The notes under the pieces were generated by a model. It saw nothing but the letters and a program-made list of their open reading frames with translations, ran no database searches and was not told the DNA's origin. A DNA stretch of 62,721 nucleotides, the filler included, from Sphacelaria rigidula (Eukaryota), in the NCBI GenBank assembly GCA_964200075.2. It is 6 parts of 6 records of this genome, joined end to end, with 100 filler letters (N's around TTAATTAATTAA, not from the genome) between each part and the next. Parts side by side here need not be neighbours in the genome. Positions count along the whole stretch, not along the records: positions 1 to 10,372 come from CAXNAA020006629.1; 5 more parts are not named here. One strand, given 5' to 3'. The translations under genes were made by a program, and so were the position numbers. This document shows, piece by piece, positions 1 to 10,472 of this stretch (position 1 is its first letter; every line of letters begins with the position of its first letter).

Positions 1-696
1 TAGCCAATGTCGCCAATATGAGGCGCTTCATGCAGCCTGAACCCGAAAATCAGGCGCTGAATGGCCATTTGTTTGGGGGGGCTATCGTAGAAAGGGTCTT
101 ACCTGAGGAAGTGTGGCTTCCCCGTTCCCCCGCCAGGTATGAAATAACTACGACAGAGTTTGTGTAAGTGCATGTAACACTCACGGGGGAACAGAGAGTT
201 TCTTCTCCGTGAAAATCCGCGTTTTCCCACCTGCAAACCGTTTCATGCGCGTTGCTTTCTAAATAAAAACGTTCAACTGTCGATTTCTGTTCAGTTCTGT
301 ACTGATCACCGTACATCAATGCCAGCAAAGTTTGGTATTGCTGTTCGGCAGTATCTTCGCACGTTTGGCCTGACCCAAAGCGGCCACTCTCCCTCAGGTA
401 ACAAGAGTCATTTGAATCATGCGGACGTAGTTGAGAAAATCGAACTGTTTTTTTTTTACAGCTCTTGCAAAATTTGGTGCATGCATGTTTGATGTGGCGT
501 ACAGCAATGAAAGCTAGCTATGATCGGGTTTGCCTGCCGTACTGCCGCCAGCGTTGCTTAAAAGCCACAAGACCTTTGCGGTTTCTCTCGAGTCCGTCGT
601 CTGCTCAACCTTTCAGAATCTCTTGAGACACCTTGCTCCGCTATAAAACGGTGCACTGCGAGGAAGCACGCCACGGCCACATCAAACACCTCACAA

Positions 697-948
697 GACA
701 CTTTCTACGATAGCCCCCCCCAAACCCAGCTCAAAAGTGTCATGAAAAAAGTGGTCATGCAGCGTCTGATGTTCGGGTTCAGGCTGCATGAAGCGCTTCA
801 TATGGGCGACATTGGCTAGAACGAACCCAAGCGTGGGAATTCCCAGCTTCTCGTTGTGCCGGCTTTTCCCATTTCGATTTACGTGAAGATTTTTCCTCCC
901 AAAACCACCATGCACTTTTGGGGGGGGGGGGCTATCGTAGAAAGTGTC
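697..948. mobile_element. 252-bp MITE with GACACTTTCTACGATAGCCCCC TIRs and 4-bp TSD
   Basis: TIRs at 697-720 and ~925-948; ACAA duplicated at 693-696 and 949-952. A truncated related copy in opposite orientation lies at 1-~100. Confidence 0.75.
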
Positions 949-3783
949 ACAAGTGCACAGCCCGCACAACATGGCGACTTGGACCCAGGTTCGTTTATCA
1001 ACTGCCGTATACCTAGCTCCCTTTTATCATATCAAAACTGCGGCTTATTCAACTCCCTATTTGGGGGGTAATCGACAACCGCAGAGTCAGGGTCACGAGT
1101 GCGTGTCAGGTTGGTGCTTGGAAGCTGTGTTCCCGTCATAGCCAACAAGCGACAACCCGTGAGATATTGAATGAAGTGCCTTCATGATACTGCAATTCAG
1201 TCTCAGGACATGTTCTCGAAACACTTCAAGGATAGACCGAATAATTCGCATGTCTGACAGGTCATGATCCGCCCGAAAATCGCTTCCGCTCAGTGTATCG
1301 ATCCAGATCGTGATCCGGATCATTTGACCCCCATGCTTGCTCCCTACCGAGGGGCCCCATATCGGGAAATCCATGCACCACCGCTACCCGCGGTCGAGAA
1401 TGAGGAAAATGCCAAATCAATTCGGGAAAAACCTTATTCTTCCTGTTTTCTCCAATAGTATACGGAATTGAACGATCATTTAGATATCTCCGGGTTTGCC
1501 TCAACGTGAGCAGCCCAAAACCGAGGAGTTTGGGTGTGTCAGTTGTTCTTGTGGCGATCCGGGAGCAATTATGCCGGCTGGTGAATGACTTTTGAATCGC
1601 GGCGATCACTGGATAATGAATATTGAGCCCCCCTGGCTTTTACAAGACCGGTTGTTACCGACCTAGCACTAGCGCAGTGATACGGCCGCCATGCCAGGAA
1701 GGGCGGTGTACGACGAACGGTTCTGTACTGCTACTGAATGACTGAAATGGATATGCAGTAAGTTGACTGTGCGGTGATACCAGCCGACACGAAAATGTTC
1801 TGATCTTTTAGACGTGCAGAATGTTTGAGTTGCAGATAATCACGTGCTTTGCCCGCGTTTGGGCAGACAGCCGTGTTCATACAACGCGTTTATCTACATA
1901 TCGCAATTCATACTGCACTGCGACACAAGAGAGAGAAAGGTAGCCAAGGGGAATGTTATGGACGTGGTGTTGCGAACAGAATATCCAACATCGAGGTAGC
2001 GGCAGTCATGAAATGTAATTAACGTGATGACGATATTGTTATGCCCGCAAGGGCAGATCCATGCAAACTCTCGAGTGCCAGGCGTGCGCTCCCACTTCAC
2101 GTTCACCCCTTGCAAGACTTCTAGAATCTGCGGCACATTCCAGCACCGGTACCCTAAGCGCTTTGATCTTCACTCCCTGCTTCTGCGGGCATGTTCTTCT
2201 CTGCTTGCTTTGACTTACCATTACCACCTACCGTTTTGGTACACCCAACGTAGGCCGACATTACCGGCAAACACGTGCGGTGCAGTACAGCAACTACTAC
2301 CGCCATCATCCAGCGATCAGGGGGTACCCCTCCCATGAAATCGGGTACCCCCCCCCCCCCCCCCCCCACCCCCCCAAGGGGGTTGGCCGGCGCAAAAAGG
2401 GGGGGGGCCTCGGCTTTCCCAATAGGGGNNNNNNNNNNGTGCACTCCACCACCTACTACCCCCACCAGCCCGCTCGCAGGGGGGCCCCCTCCCCTGAAGT
2501 CGGGTACCCCCCCCCCCCCCCTTCAACCCCACAATGAGGTTTGTGCGGCGAAAGAAGGGGTGGTGCATGGATTTCCCGATATGGGACCCCTCGTCCCTAC
2601 AGCGCCGGACGCCGAGCACGTCGAGCAGCGCAAAGGTTGCGCTCCGGCTTTTCCGAATCCGCGGTCACATTAATATTTCATATTTTGTGTTTATGGCCCA
2701 ACGGATCCGAGAGTCTCCTTTGATTTGTTGTTTCAGATGGATCATGATCTGTCCGACGTGTGGAATATTTTTCCATTAACATGGAATATGGACATTTTCT
2801 TGTGTTGAACAACTGATTGCGTTTGGAGACTGTAATTGATTCGTTACCGTAAGAATTAATTCACGGGCTTTGGTTTCAGCGTTGCACCTACCTCAGGTAC
2901 TGCACGCGCACCCCGGGCACGTAGAATAGCGCAATTTTTGCGTTGTAGAGACATTTGTTTTTACCCGCGGCCAACTTTTCTTTTCTCTCTTTCGAGCAAT
3001 CAGGCTTTAGAAATCGTGCATTTGGCGATTCGCATATCAGCAATGATTCTTCCGTCCCTTGAAAACTTCCACGGAGAAAGTACGGGTAGGGGTAACATAC
3101 ACTCAAGACACCAACATATCAAATGCTGAGACAGAGTCCGCAAACTGCACGGGAGAAGCGGTGCATCCTTGTTGTATTAACTGGGAGACTCGCACACGAC
3201 ACAGCCTAAAAACACGGTAGCACACAGCACACAGAACCATCTGCAATCAAGGTACACCCGTAAGTAGGCTACATACTCCTGACACATCACTTTCCAAACA
3301 GGACAGTATACCCACTCTCTACACATCACGTTTCATCTTCTCTTCGCGCGTCTTGTTGGAAGAAAACGGAGCTCCCCCCCCCCCTCCTCTCCCTCTTCGA
3401 CCTGGGTATCCCGAACATAATGTTGCTGGAAACAAAAGTAGTTACCCGACAAGGCAGGGTCCGGAATAACTTGTAATACAACAATATTTTTAGGTAGATA
3501 CTAGGGTCTCTCAGCGCAGAGCACAAGGGGTTGTATTACCGCACAGTCCACTCAAACTCTACTTCACTCTACGTTCCGAGGCACTACTACCTCCGGAGGC
3601 TGCCCCGGGTGGCGACTGACTCTACACGGGCACACAACCTTGTGCGTTGCGCATGGGTGCGCTCAATATGAATCCAGCACGCGGTCCTCCAAGGCGAACA
3701 CAGCGATTGGCATGGACGTGCGCGGAGATGGTAAAGGTGTAAGCGGTATGTAACGGGTACCATACAACGTTGCCTCTTCTATG

Positions 3784-3790
3784 CCCCCCT

Positions 3791-3826
<36 letters not shown>

Positions 3827-3863
3827 CCCCCCCCCCCCCCCCCCCCCTCTCCTCCCCCCCCCC
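3784..3863. repeat. Interrupted poly-C tract
   Basis: Seen directly; similar tracts at ~2347-2375 and 57011-57059. Confidence 0.9.
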
Positions 3864-4161
3864 CTCATCCTTCTCCCGTGCATCAATGAACCTTCCGTGC
3901 CAAACCTGGAGATTTCCTCCGTGCTCGACACCAACACAGATGAAAATTTCACACTCACAGCAGCACCAACAATCGATCGCGTCACTCACAGGGGGACGCG
4001 GTTGCAAGGAAACCGCTACCCGCCTCCGGGGCAGTCCCGACAATAAGGAAAAAGTGCTGCAGGATCTAACACCCTTGGCTCTGGCCCCGCCTTTCGACGG
4101 GAAAGGCAAGGGAATTCCCGGAGCCTTCTCTTTCTACAATGCTCAGTGGTAGATGGGCACT

Positions 4162-6381
4162 CTATACTCCCACTGCCGGCGGCAAATGTCCTACACTGGT
4201 CGCCGCCGATCCGCCGTCCCCACCTCCATCACGTGCGCTTTCTTGCTTCGAATTATCCCTGTGCAGGCCCGACTTTCGCCAGGGTAGTGCACTGGCTGTG
4301 GATGGACAAGGGAGCGTGTTGTTGTTGCCCTTGAGCGCGCGAGATTCCACCACGAGACTGAACGTCGCCGTAGCGGTCTCTTTATCGGTCTCCGTGCTGG
4401 CGGCGGCGGTGGTGTTTCTCCCCTTGCTACTGCAACCGCGGTTGCTGTCTTCGAGAGCAGCCATAACGCTTGGGTGCGACAGATCCTGTGTTGTAGTAGG
4501 GATCAGCTTTTCGATGGCGCCGCCGCTGCTGCTATTGCCGCAACTGTCCGCACCGTTGTTGAAACGAACATTGGAAGGCGCACCCGACAGAGACACGGAG
4601 TGTGACGACGATAATGCTACGGTGGTAGCAGTAACCGTACCGGCACCAGTAGAAGCATTCGCTGGGTTGGTCATCGAGGCCAATCCCAGAGACTTTATTC
4701 GTCGAGAAGAAGACGGCAGGAGAGCGGCCGCAAACGCCGGAAGGGAACCATTCCCGTTGCTTCTGCTCTCATCTGCGCCGGCTGCGACAGCAGCAGCACC
4801 GCTACCGTTGGCCGGGTGTCGTGACCGACCTGGAGGTCGTGGAAATCGCCCTCCGTTCCCTACGAGGGCAGGGGCGGGTTTCACCGAAAGTGAGGCTCGG
4901 GAGACGGCCGTCGTTAGCGCGGTGCCGTCGCTCGGAACATTCTCAGCGGCGGCTGTTGGGCCGAGGAGTATCGTGTGCGAAAGAACACAGCAATCATTTT
5001 TGTCTCGATATCGTTCAGTCGGTGCGGGGGCGGCGGCGACGTCGGCAATGCTGCTGATATCAGGCGCTGCAGCTGGAAACAACTGCTGTCGGTCCTGTCG
5101 TCGGGACTCCCCCTGCGGATGGAGCGTTCGTCTTCGACTCTGCACTTCCCTCGTATTCACGATGAATAAAGTTCTCGGAGCTCCTTCCGCTTCGCCACCG
5201 CCGCCTAGCGTACGCCGCCTCACTCCGATAGGCGAACCCTGTACCGCCACGCTACGGCTTCGCATCGCGCTGCCTTGACTTTGGCCAGACGATGGCCTCG
5301 AGCTAGACGCCGAGGAGGCACGCTTCGGCCTGCCTGCCGCGCCAAGCCCTCCTACCGCGGTAACTGCGCAGCCGCCGCCGCCGTCGTTGCCGCTGCCGCC
5401 GTTGCCCATCCTCCTCGCCGAGAGGACAGGCGCTCGAAGAGCCAACAGCGCAGGCCCAAGCACAACCTTGCTCTCCACGCGGCGCAATTGCAGTCGAGGA
5501 ACAGTACGGCGGTCAACGTTTCTTTCTTTTCTCGTTCTGTCCACGTCTACACCACCACTCATTCCCCCACTCTCAGCATTTCCACCTCCGGCTCCGTTAC
5601 TGCGCACGACTACATTCGCCATGCCCTCGCCCAACGTCTTTTTGCACTCTCCCTTCTGACCGGAATTCAACGCCTCGTCATCACCACAATATTCACTGGT
5701 ATCACCACCGCCGCCGTCCTTTATTCCGTCCCTTTTCGGCGGCGGAGGTGCAGCCACTGTTCGGCCTGAACCCCGCCGCCTGGGTACGGATGATGCTTGA
5801 GAATTGCGGGATGTCGCCGAGGACGCCGGCCTTGCGCCGTCGGCCCCCAGCCACGGTGCCGGCCGGACGCCGCCGCCGCCACCACCACGTTGCGCTCCGC
5901 GTCGGCCACGTTCCCCCGCCCCACCGCCGCCGCTGGCAGAGATGACAGTGGTCGCGTTGGAAGTTGTCTCTTCCCACCGGGCTTCCCCTGCGATGGTGGT
6001 AGCGTTTGATCCAACGCCGGGGCTAAAGCTCCCCTTGCTGCTGCTACTGACGCCGCTCCTGCCGCCGGCGTCGGCGCCGTCCCTACCGCCACCTGTTCCG
6101 GCTCCATCCTTGACCCGTAGGCCCTTGCCATCATTGTTTGATACACTGTTTTGATTCCCCATACCTCCTCTTCTAGGCGCGTGAACAGGCCCTCGTCGTA
6201 GAGTCGCCAGGCGCTCCACCGTCAGGCCGATGTCCGCGCGGTTTGCGAGATTCGACAGCCCCCCAGTGAGAACCCAGCGCGCCAAGACTCCGTTGAGAAA
6301 CCGAGGGTTCCGAAAGAGGGGCCACAACCGAGTCACATTTTCGGTCGTCGGGTAGAGGATACGGAAGTGCCCAGAGCGGTG
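4162..6381 (-). CDS. TTLL4: TTLL4-like tubulin glutamylase, terminal exon (end of TTL region plus long low-complexity tail)
   Basis: Acceptor caccag| before 6381. Begins HRSGHFRILYP, matching the TTLL4/5 RRGxFxRIFP motif, and is open to TAG at 4162-4164. Confidence 0.8.
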   Translation of the reverse strand, partial: HRSGHFRILYPTTENVTRLWPLFRNPRFLNGVLARWVLTGGLSNLANRADIGLTVERLATLRRGPVHAPRRGGMGNQNSVSNNDGKGLRVKDGAGTGGGRDGADAGGRSGVSSSSKGSFSPGVGSNATTIAGEARWEETTSNATTVISASGGGGAGERGRRGAQRGGGGGGVRPAPWLGADGARPASSATSRNSQASSVPRRRGSGRTVAAPPPPKRDGIKDGGGGDTSEYCGDDEALNSGQKGECKKTLGEGMANVVVRSNGAGGGNAESGGMSGGVDVDRTRKERNVDRRTVPRLQLRRVESKVVLGPALLALRAPVLSARRMGNGGSGNDGGGGCAVTAVGGLGAAGRPKRASSASSSRPSSGQSQGSAMRSRSVAVQGSPIGVRRRTLGGGGEAEGAPRTLFIVNTREVQSRRRTLHPQGESRRQDRQQLFPAAAPDISSIADVAAAPAPTERYRDKNDCCVLSHTILLGPTAAAENVPSDGTALTTAVSRASLSVKPAPALVGNGGRFPRPPGRSRHPANGSGAAAVAAGADESRSNGNGSLPAFAAALLPSSSRRIKSLGLASMTNPANASTGAGTVTATTVALSSSHSVSLSGAPSNVRFNNGADSCGNSSSGGAIEKLIPTTTQDLSHPSVMAALEDSNRGCSSKGRNTTAAASTETDKETATATFSLVVESRALKGNNNTLPCPSTASALPWRKSGLHRDNSKQESARDGGGDGGSAATSVGHLPPAVGV

Positions 6382-7080
6382 CTGGTGGGTAGCAGCGATG
6401 AAATAGATTGACAGAGGGTGGTGGGCGGTTTTACGGTTTCGGCCATGGAAAGGACTACTGGGCGCATGCGACGCTCATGGGGGGTTAAGCCCGCGAAGTA
6501 TACCCGCTTGTGTGCAAGCTGCGATTCGGGCGGAGCTCAGCAGTTAGCTTCCGGACGTCTATGAAGCTGACAATTAATTTCACCTCATGAATGGACAAGG
6601 GAGGTACGATAACAGGGGATCATGTTGCGTTGTCCAATATTTCTGCGGGAAGTCTGGGACGGAATTTGGGCACGGGGAAGCAACGGGGATCGCGTAGCGG
6701 CGGGTGCATACCTTGTTCTCCTCGGATGTATGACGGAGTGCTCGGGAGATAGAAGCGATCGATGGTAAGTTGGTTGATGATCAGTTGGTTTGTGCCGAAC
6801 CAACGGTACAGAGCGCATGCTGCCCCAAAAGACGAGGGTACACCAGCTGGGAGGTTAAGTTCTTCATATGCCACACCGACTCTACGCTACTAGCATGACA
6901 GGTTTCAGATGACCAGTCAGGACAAGAAAGAAAAAAAAAGAAGAGGCAGAGCTATCAAAATGCAATGCCGGACCAGCCAGACGTGCACGTTTTGCGGTTG
7001 TTTGAGCTTCTTTGTTTATCTATGAATGATACTTGAAAGTTGAGCGAGGAAAACGATAGCTTGTTGGTATGCGCGCAGAC

Positions 7081-7176
7081 CTTCTCGTCCTCCGTGTCTC
7101 GTATCACCTCCCATTCGTCCTCTCCAAGCTCTGCCAGTCTGATGCTCGCTGGTGTCTGGCACCGTCGCCAAGCGTC
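7081..7176 (-). CDS. TTLL4: TTLL4-like tubulin glutamylase, internal exon
   Basis: catag|...|gtctgc, 96 nt, phase 0/0; DAWRRCQTPASIRLAELGEDEWEVIRDTEDEK resembles the TTLL4 segment preceding the RRG-F motif. Confidence 0.8.
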
Positions 7177-8616
7177 CTATGTTCGTGACGCACACCCATA
7201 ACATGCACACACGCACACACGCAGCGCGTGCTGAAACAAAACCTCGATGAGAAATCAAGCTAGCAGTTAGTACACTCACTAATATAGTACATCTGCGGTC
7301 TTTCCAAACAGCTGTGGTGGTTGTCTATGAGGGTGCCTGGGGTCGTAATTTTAGTTGCCCCCCGCTCGGGTGGCCTTGCCAACCCCCTTGTGTCATCTAT
7401 CTTTTCTGGTATTTTCTTTACTTTCCCTTTTCTGTCGGCGTGCTTTTCTTAGCAGATCTGAAGGGGTTTTTTTCTCGTTCTTCACCCCGTTGAACTCGGG
7501 GAAGCTACTTCTCATGATTTTCTTGGCGTCTCTCTTCTTATTTTGGTAATGGTTTTGTTGATTGCGTTTGTTCTTGTTATCGGGCTGGAGTCTGGAACAA
7601 AATGATAAGGACTCCATGTCCTGTAAGGAATAGCAGGGACGGTATTGGAAAGACGACCCTACGTCTGTGACCACGGGTTTGAGAGATCGGACTAATGTAC
7701 GGAAGTAATAATAAGAGTGAAGCAGTTAGGGCAAACAAAACAAAAAGCACATAACAACGGTTCAATCTGACGAGATATGAGAGAAACAAAACACGAAAGC
7801 ACTGCTGTATGTAGTTCACACAAAAAGCCGACAGAGTCAAAAACATATTTTAAAAAAGAAGCAAATAAGAACATGTTTCCCGTGTAATACGACAAACAAG
7901 AAACATGCAAAAAAAGGGGTGTTTTTTTCGAACCTAAACGGGCTTTTCACCCGCCTCTCACTCCGTCTACAGGCGGTAGTGGTCCACCTAACCCTATACC
8001 CACGAGGACGGAACCTTCTTGTAGTGCCACCGGATATACGATGGACACCAGTCCGTTTGGACAGAAAGTGGTACTACCTCAACACGGTGTCTAGGCATGA
8101 TTCGGCGTGTTTTTCACATGTTGACTCGCTGATAAAGAAACAAATTTGAGCAACTTCCAGCCACAGGAGCATCCTCTATTCCCGCGAATCGGCAGAGCTA
8201 ATTAAAATATGTATCGATAGTCACCTTCATTCAGGAGAAAACGCGTGAGGTCGTTTTGATTCGACGTCTGCTGGTGCCCAAAAAAGGGAGGGCAAAAAAA
8301 AACACCGATAAAAATAAATAAACAAAAAAATAAATAAATAATCTACTACACCGACACGGCAAAACCACGAGATTGTTTTTTTCGTGGCACACGTGCAAAA
8401 TCATGACGATGGCAAAGCCCAACATGAACCCAGACCAAAACTAAATAAAAAAAAGAACATTCCTCAGTAAAGAAAACATTCGGAACCGAAATACAAACCG
8501 GTGGGTGAAACGCGAGGACACGCGGACACAAAACACACAAAATGTGGCAATACATTCCATGCGCACGTGAAATGCTTTAGCCACCGACCCGTCACTGTAA
8601 AGCTCGTGCGCCGAAC

Positions 8617-8794
8617 CTGTGGTCTTCCCCCGACGGCGCGGACCGATCTCCTCGTTCCGGGAATGTGCCGCGCTTCCCTCCGTTCCTCCCTCCGCAAGGC
8701 CATGCGGTCGAAGGGGCGGAACCCGACGAGGTGGAAAATGTCCGCCATAAGAGTTCCCTTGATGCGTCTGTCCAAGGCGCTGGAACCAAACAAA
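8617..8794 (-). CDS. TTLL4: TTLL4-like tubulin glutamylase, internal exon
   Basis: caacag|...|gttcgg; (S)LFGSSALDRRIKGTLMADIFHLVGFRPFD continues NISP-SL in phase. Confidence 0.9.
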
Positions 8795-9514
8795 CTGTTG
8801 CCCCGTGGCGTGATATGTGTTTTTGTGTTTTTTGCCCCCCCCCCCCCGCCCCAAAGAGGTAGGACAAACAGAGGCGAGAAAAGAGAAACAGCCGTGAGTA
8901 AGAGAAATATAAACAGTTCGTTTGGTCGTTTATTGGTTTGTCAGGGGGTGTGGTCAGAGAACGTGCGGGAGGGATACACTGGCAAAATGCAAGAGGAGGG
9001 GCGACGGGGCGACGGGGCGACGGCAGACGGTGGGAAGGCGGAAGAGAGAGCACGAGAGGAACACACAGAGAAAAATAAGGAAACGTGTAGACAGAGGGAG
9101 ACACAGATAGACATAATACAAACACAAAGAGGAAGATAATGAGCGGGGCAGGCACAGGCATGAGCAGTGACAAAAAAAAGGCAAGAGATAACAAAAAGAG
9201 GGAGAGACGGGCAAAAACAGGAACAAGAGAATGACCAAAAAGAGAGCAGAGAATTTCGGCCCGGGGTCGAGGTCTGATCAAATTCCCCCCCAACAAGATG
9301 AGGCCAAGCCATGATGCCTGCCACGAACGACCCAGGGAAAGAGCGAGCCCAACCGCGCTACTATATCATGACCTACCGTGCATACGAGTACCCCCAGGGG
9401 TCTGTCTGTACGTGGGACCACAAGCTATCCCGTGCGCGAGTAAAAACTGCACGTTGGATCCGGCCCGGCGATGGTTGGTCCGTATCAAACACACCAACAC
9501 CCAAGAGTAAGTAC

Positions 9515-9693
9515 CTGGGAGAGATGTTGACCTCAAGCAGCCACGGTTTGAGGTGCTCGTCCAGTAGGACATCGAAGCCGAAAAGCTCGTAGCAGCAGCC
9601 GCGGTGCCGCGTGACCTGGTGCGAGTGCGTCGTCATGTCCGCATCTGCCGCTGCCATGGTGCGGAGCACCACGTCCTCTATCGATCGCTGAAC
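9515..9693 (-). CDS. TTLL4: TTLL4-like tubulin glutamylase, catalytic TTL-domain exon (upstream exons not found in contig)
   Basis: ccgtag|...|gtactt; [26 protein letters not shown] is the TTL/TTLL signature, and NISPSL is TTLL4-type. Confidence 0.92.
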
Positions 9694-9820
9694 CTACGGA
9701 TTTGTTTTATCGTTATCGTCATCATCATCATATAATTATCATTACGATTATGATTATGATTATGACCATGAATGTGACTTCGATCGCAAATGCGATTGTA
9801 ATCATCACTGTGGATGACGA

Positions 9821-10130
9821 CGAGCTGGGCCAGCTGACAGTGAGTTTTGAATGTGTCCGGGCCCGGTTGTGGGTAATTCGAGAAGTTGGGCGCTGAAATA
9901 TTTTGGACACGGCATTTTTATCATCAATACGCTCAACCTTCCGGGGGTTGCAACGAAAAAAAGAAAAAAAAAATTTAGAGCGATTTGAAGTTTCTGCAAA
10001 ACTGGGAAGATACTAAATCCCCGTGAAAATAAATAAATACGTCGGCATCCCTCGGGTTGTTGGGCGTGCTTGTGTGCAGGAGATCCCGGTGCAATTTCGG
10101 CCAAAAATACCTCAAATTGGGCGCAGCAGG
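9821..10130 (+). mobile_element. End fragment of a DNA transposon with CGAGCTGGGCCAGC terminus
   Basis: Visible inverted homologue at ~54115-54416 in contig 6; terminus shared with the element at 39526-40766. Confidence 0.55.
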
Positions 10131-10298
10131 GTGCTTATTGTGTGACACCGCTGCGCCCCTTTAATCCAAGTGATATAGGAGGCTCCAGTTATATAGGTCA
10201 CGAGTTTAAATCCCGATGGATTCCTTTGTTTTTGCACCGTCGGTTAGGTCATGCATTATGTTGTACATTTTTTTGCAATTTTCTTCATTCAGCGGACC

Positions 10299-10372
10299 GG
10301 TCGCCCCGGTGACTTAGTTGGCAACCTCGAAACCTTCTGACGGTTGGGTCGTGGGTTCAAATCTCAGAGCGA
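10299..10372 (+). mobile_element. tRNA-derived SINE head, cut by contig end
   Basis: A-box-like TGACTTAGTTGG and B-box-like GGTTCAAATC; same family as 52353-52405 and 55785-56117. Confidence 0.7.
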
Positions 10373-10472
10373 NNNNNNNNNNNNNNNNNNNNNNNNNNNN
10401 NNNNNNNNNNNNNNNNTTAATTAATTAANNNNNNNNNNNNNNNNNNNNNNNNNNNNNNNNNNNNNNNNNNNN
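10373..10472. other. Artificial contig spacer (N44-TTAATTAATTAA-N44); also 20844-20943, 31314-31413, 41784-41883, 52253-52352
   Basis: Five identical 100-nt spacers with stops in all six frames, separating size-sorted contigs. Confidence 0.97.

Noticed and set aside
4139..5278. 379-aa plus-strand ORF
   Set aside because: Antisense shadow of the GC-rich TTLL terminal exon with no motif of its own.
7393..7674. Extra TTLL exon (Lys/Arg-rich ORF)
   Set aside because: A-rich repeat-derived sequence next to a GACCACGG module variant; the flanking exons already join in phase without it.
10299..10372. Additional tRNA genes (also 52353-52405 and 55785-55860)
   Set aside because: A/B boxes are present but no complete cloverleaf forms; these are SINE heads.
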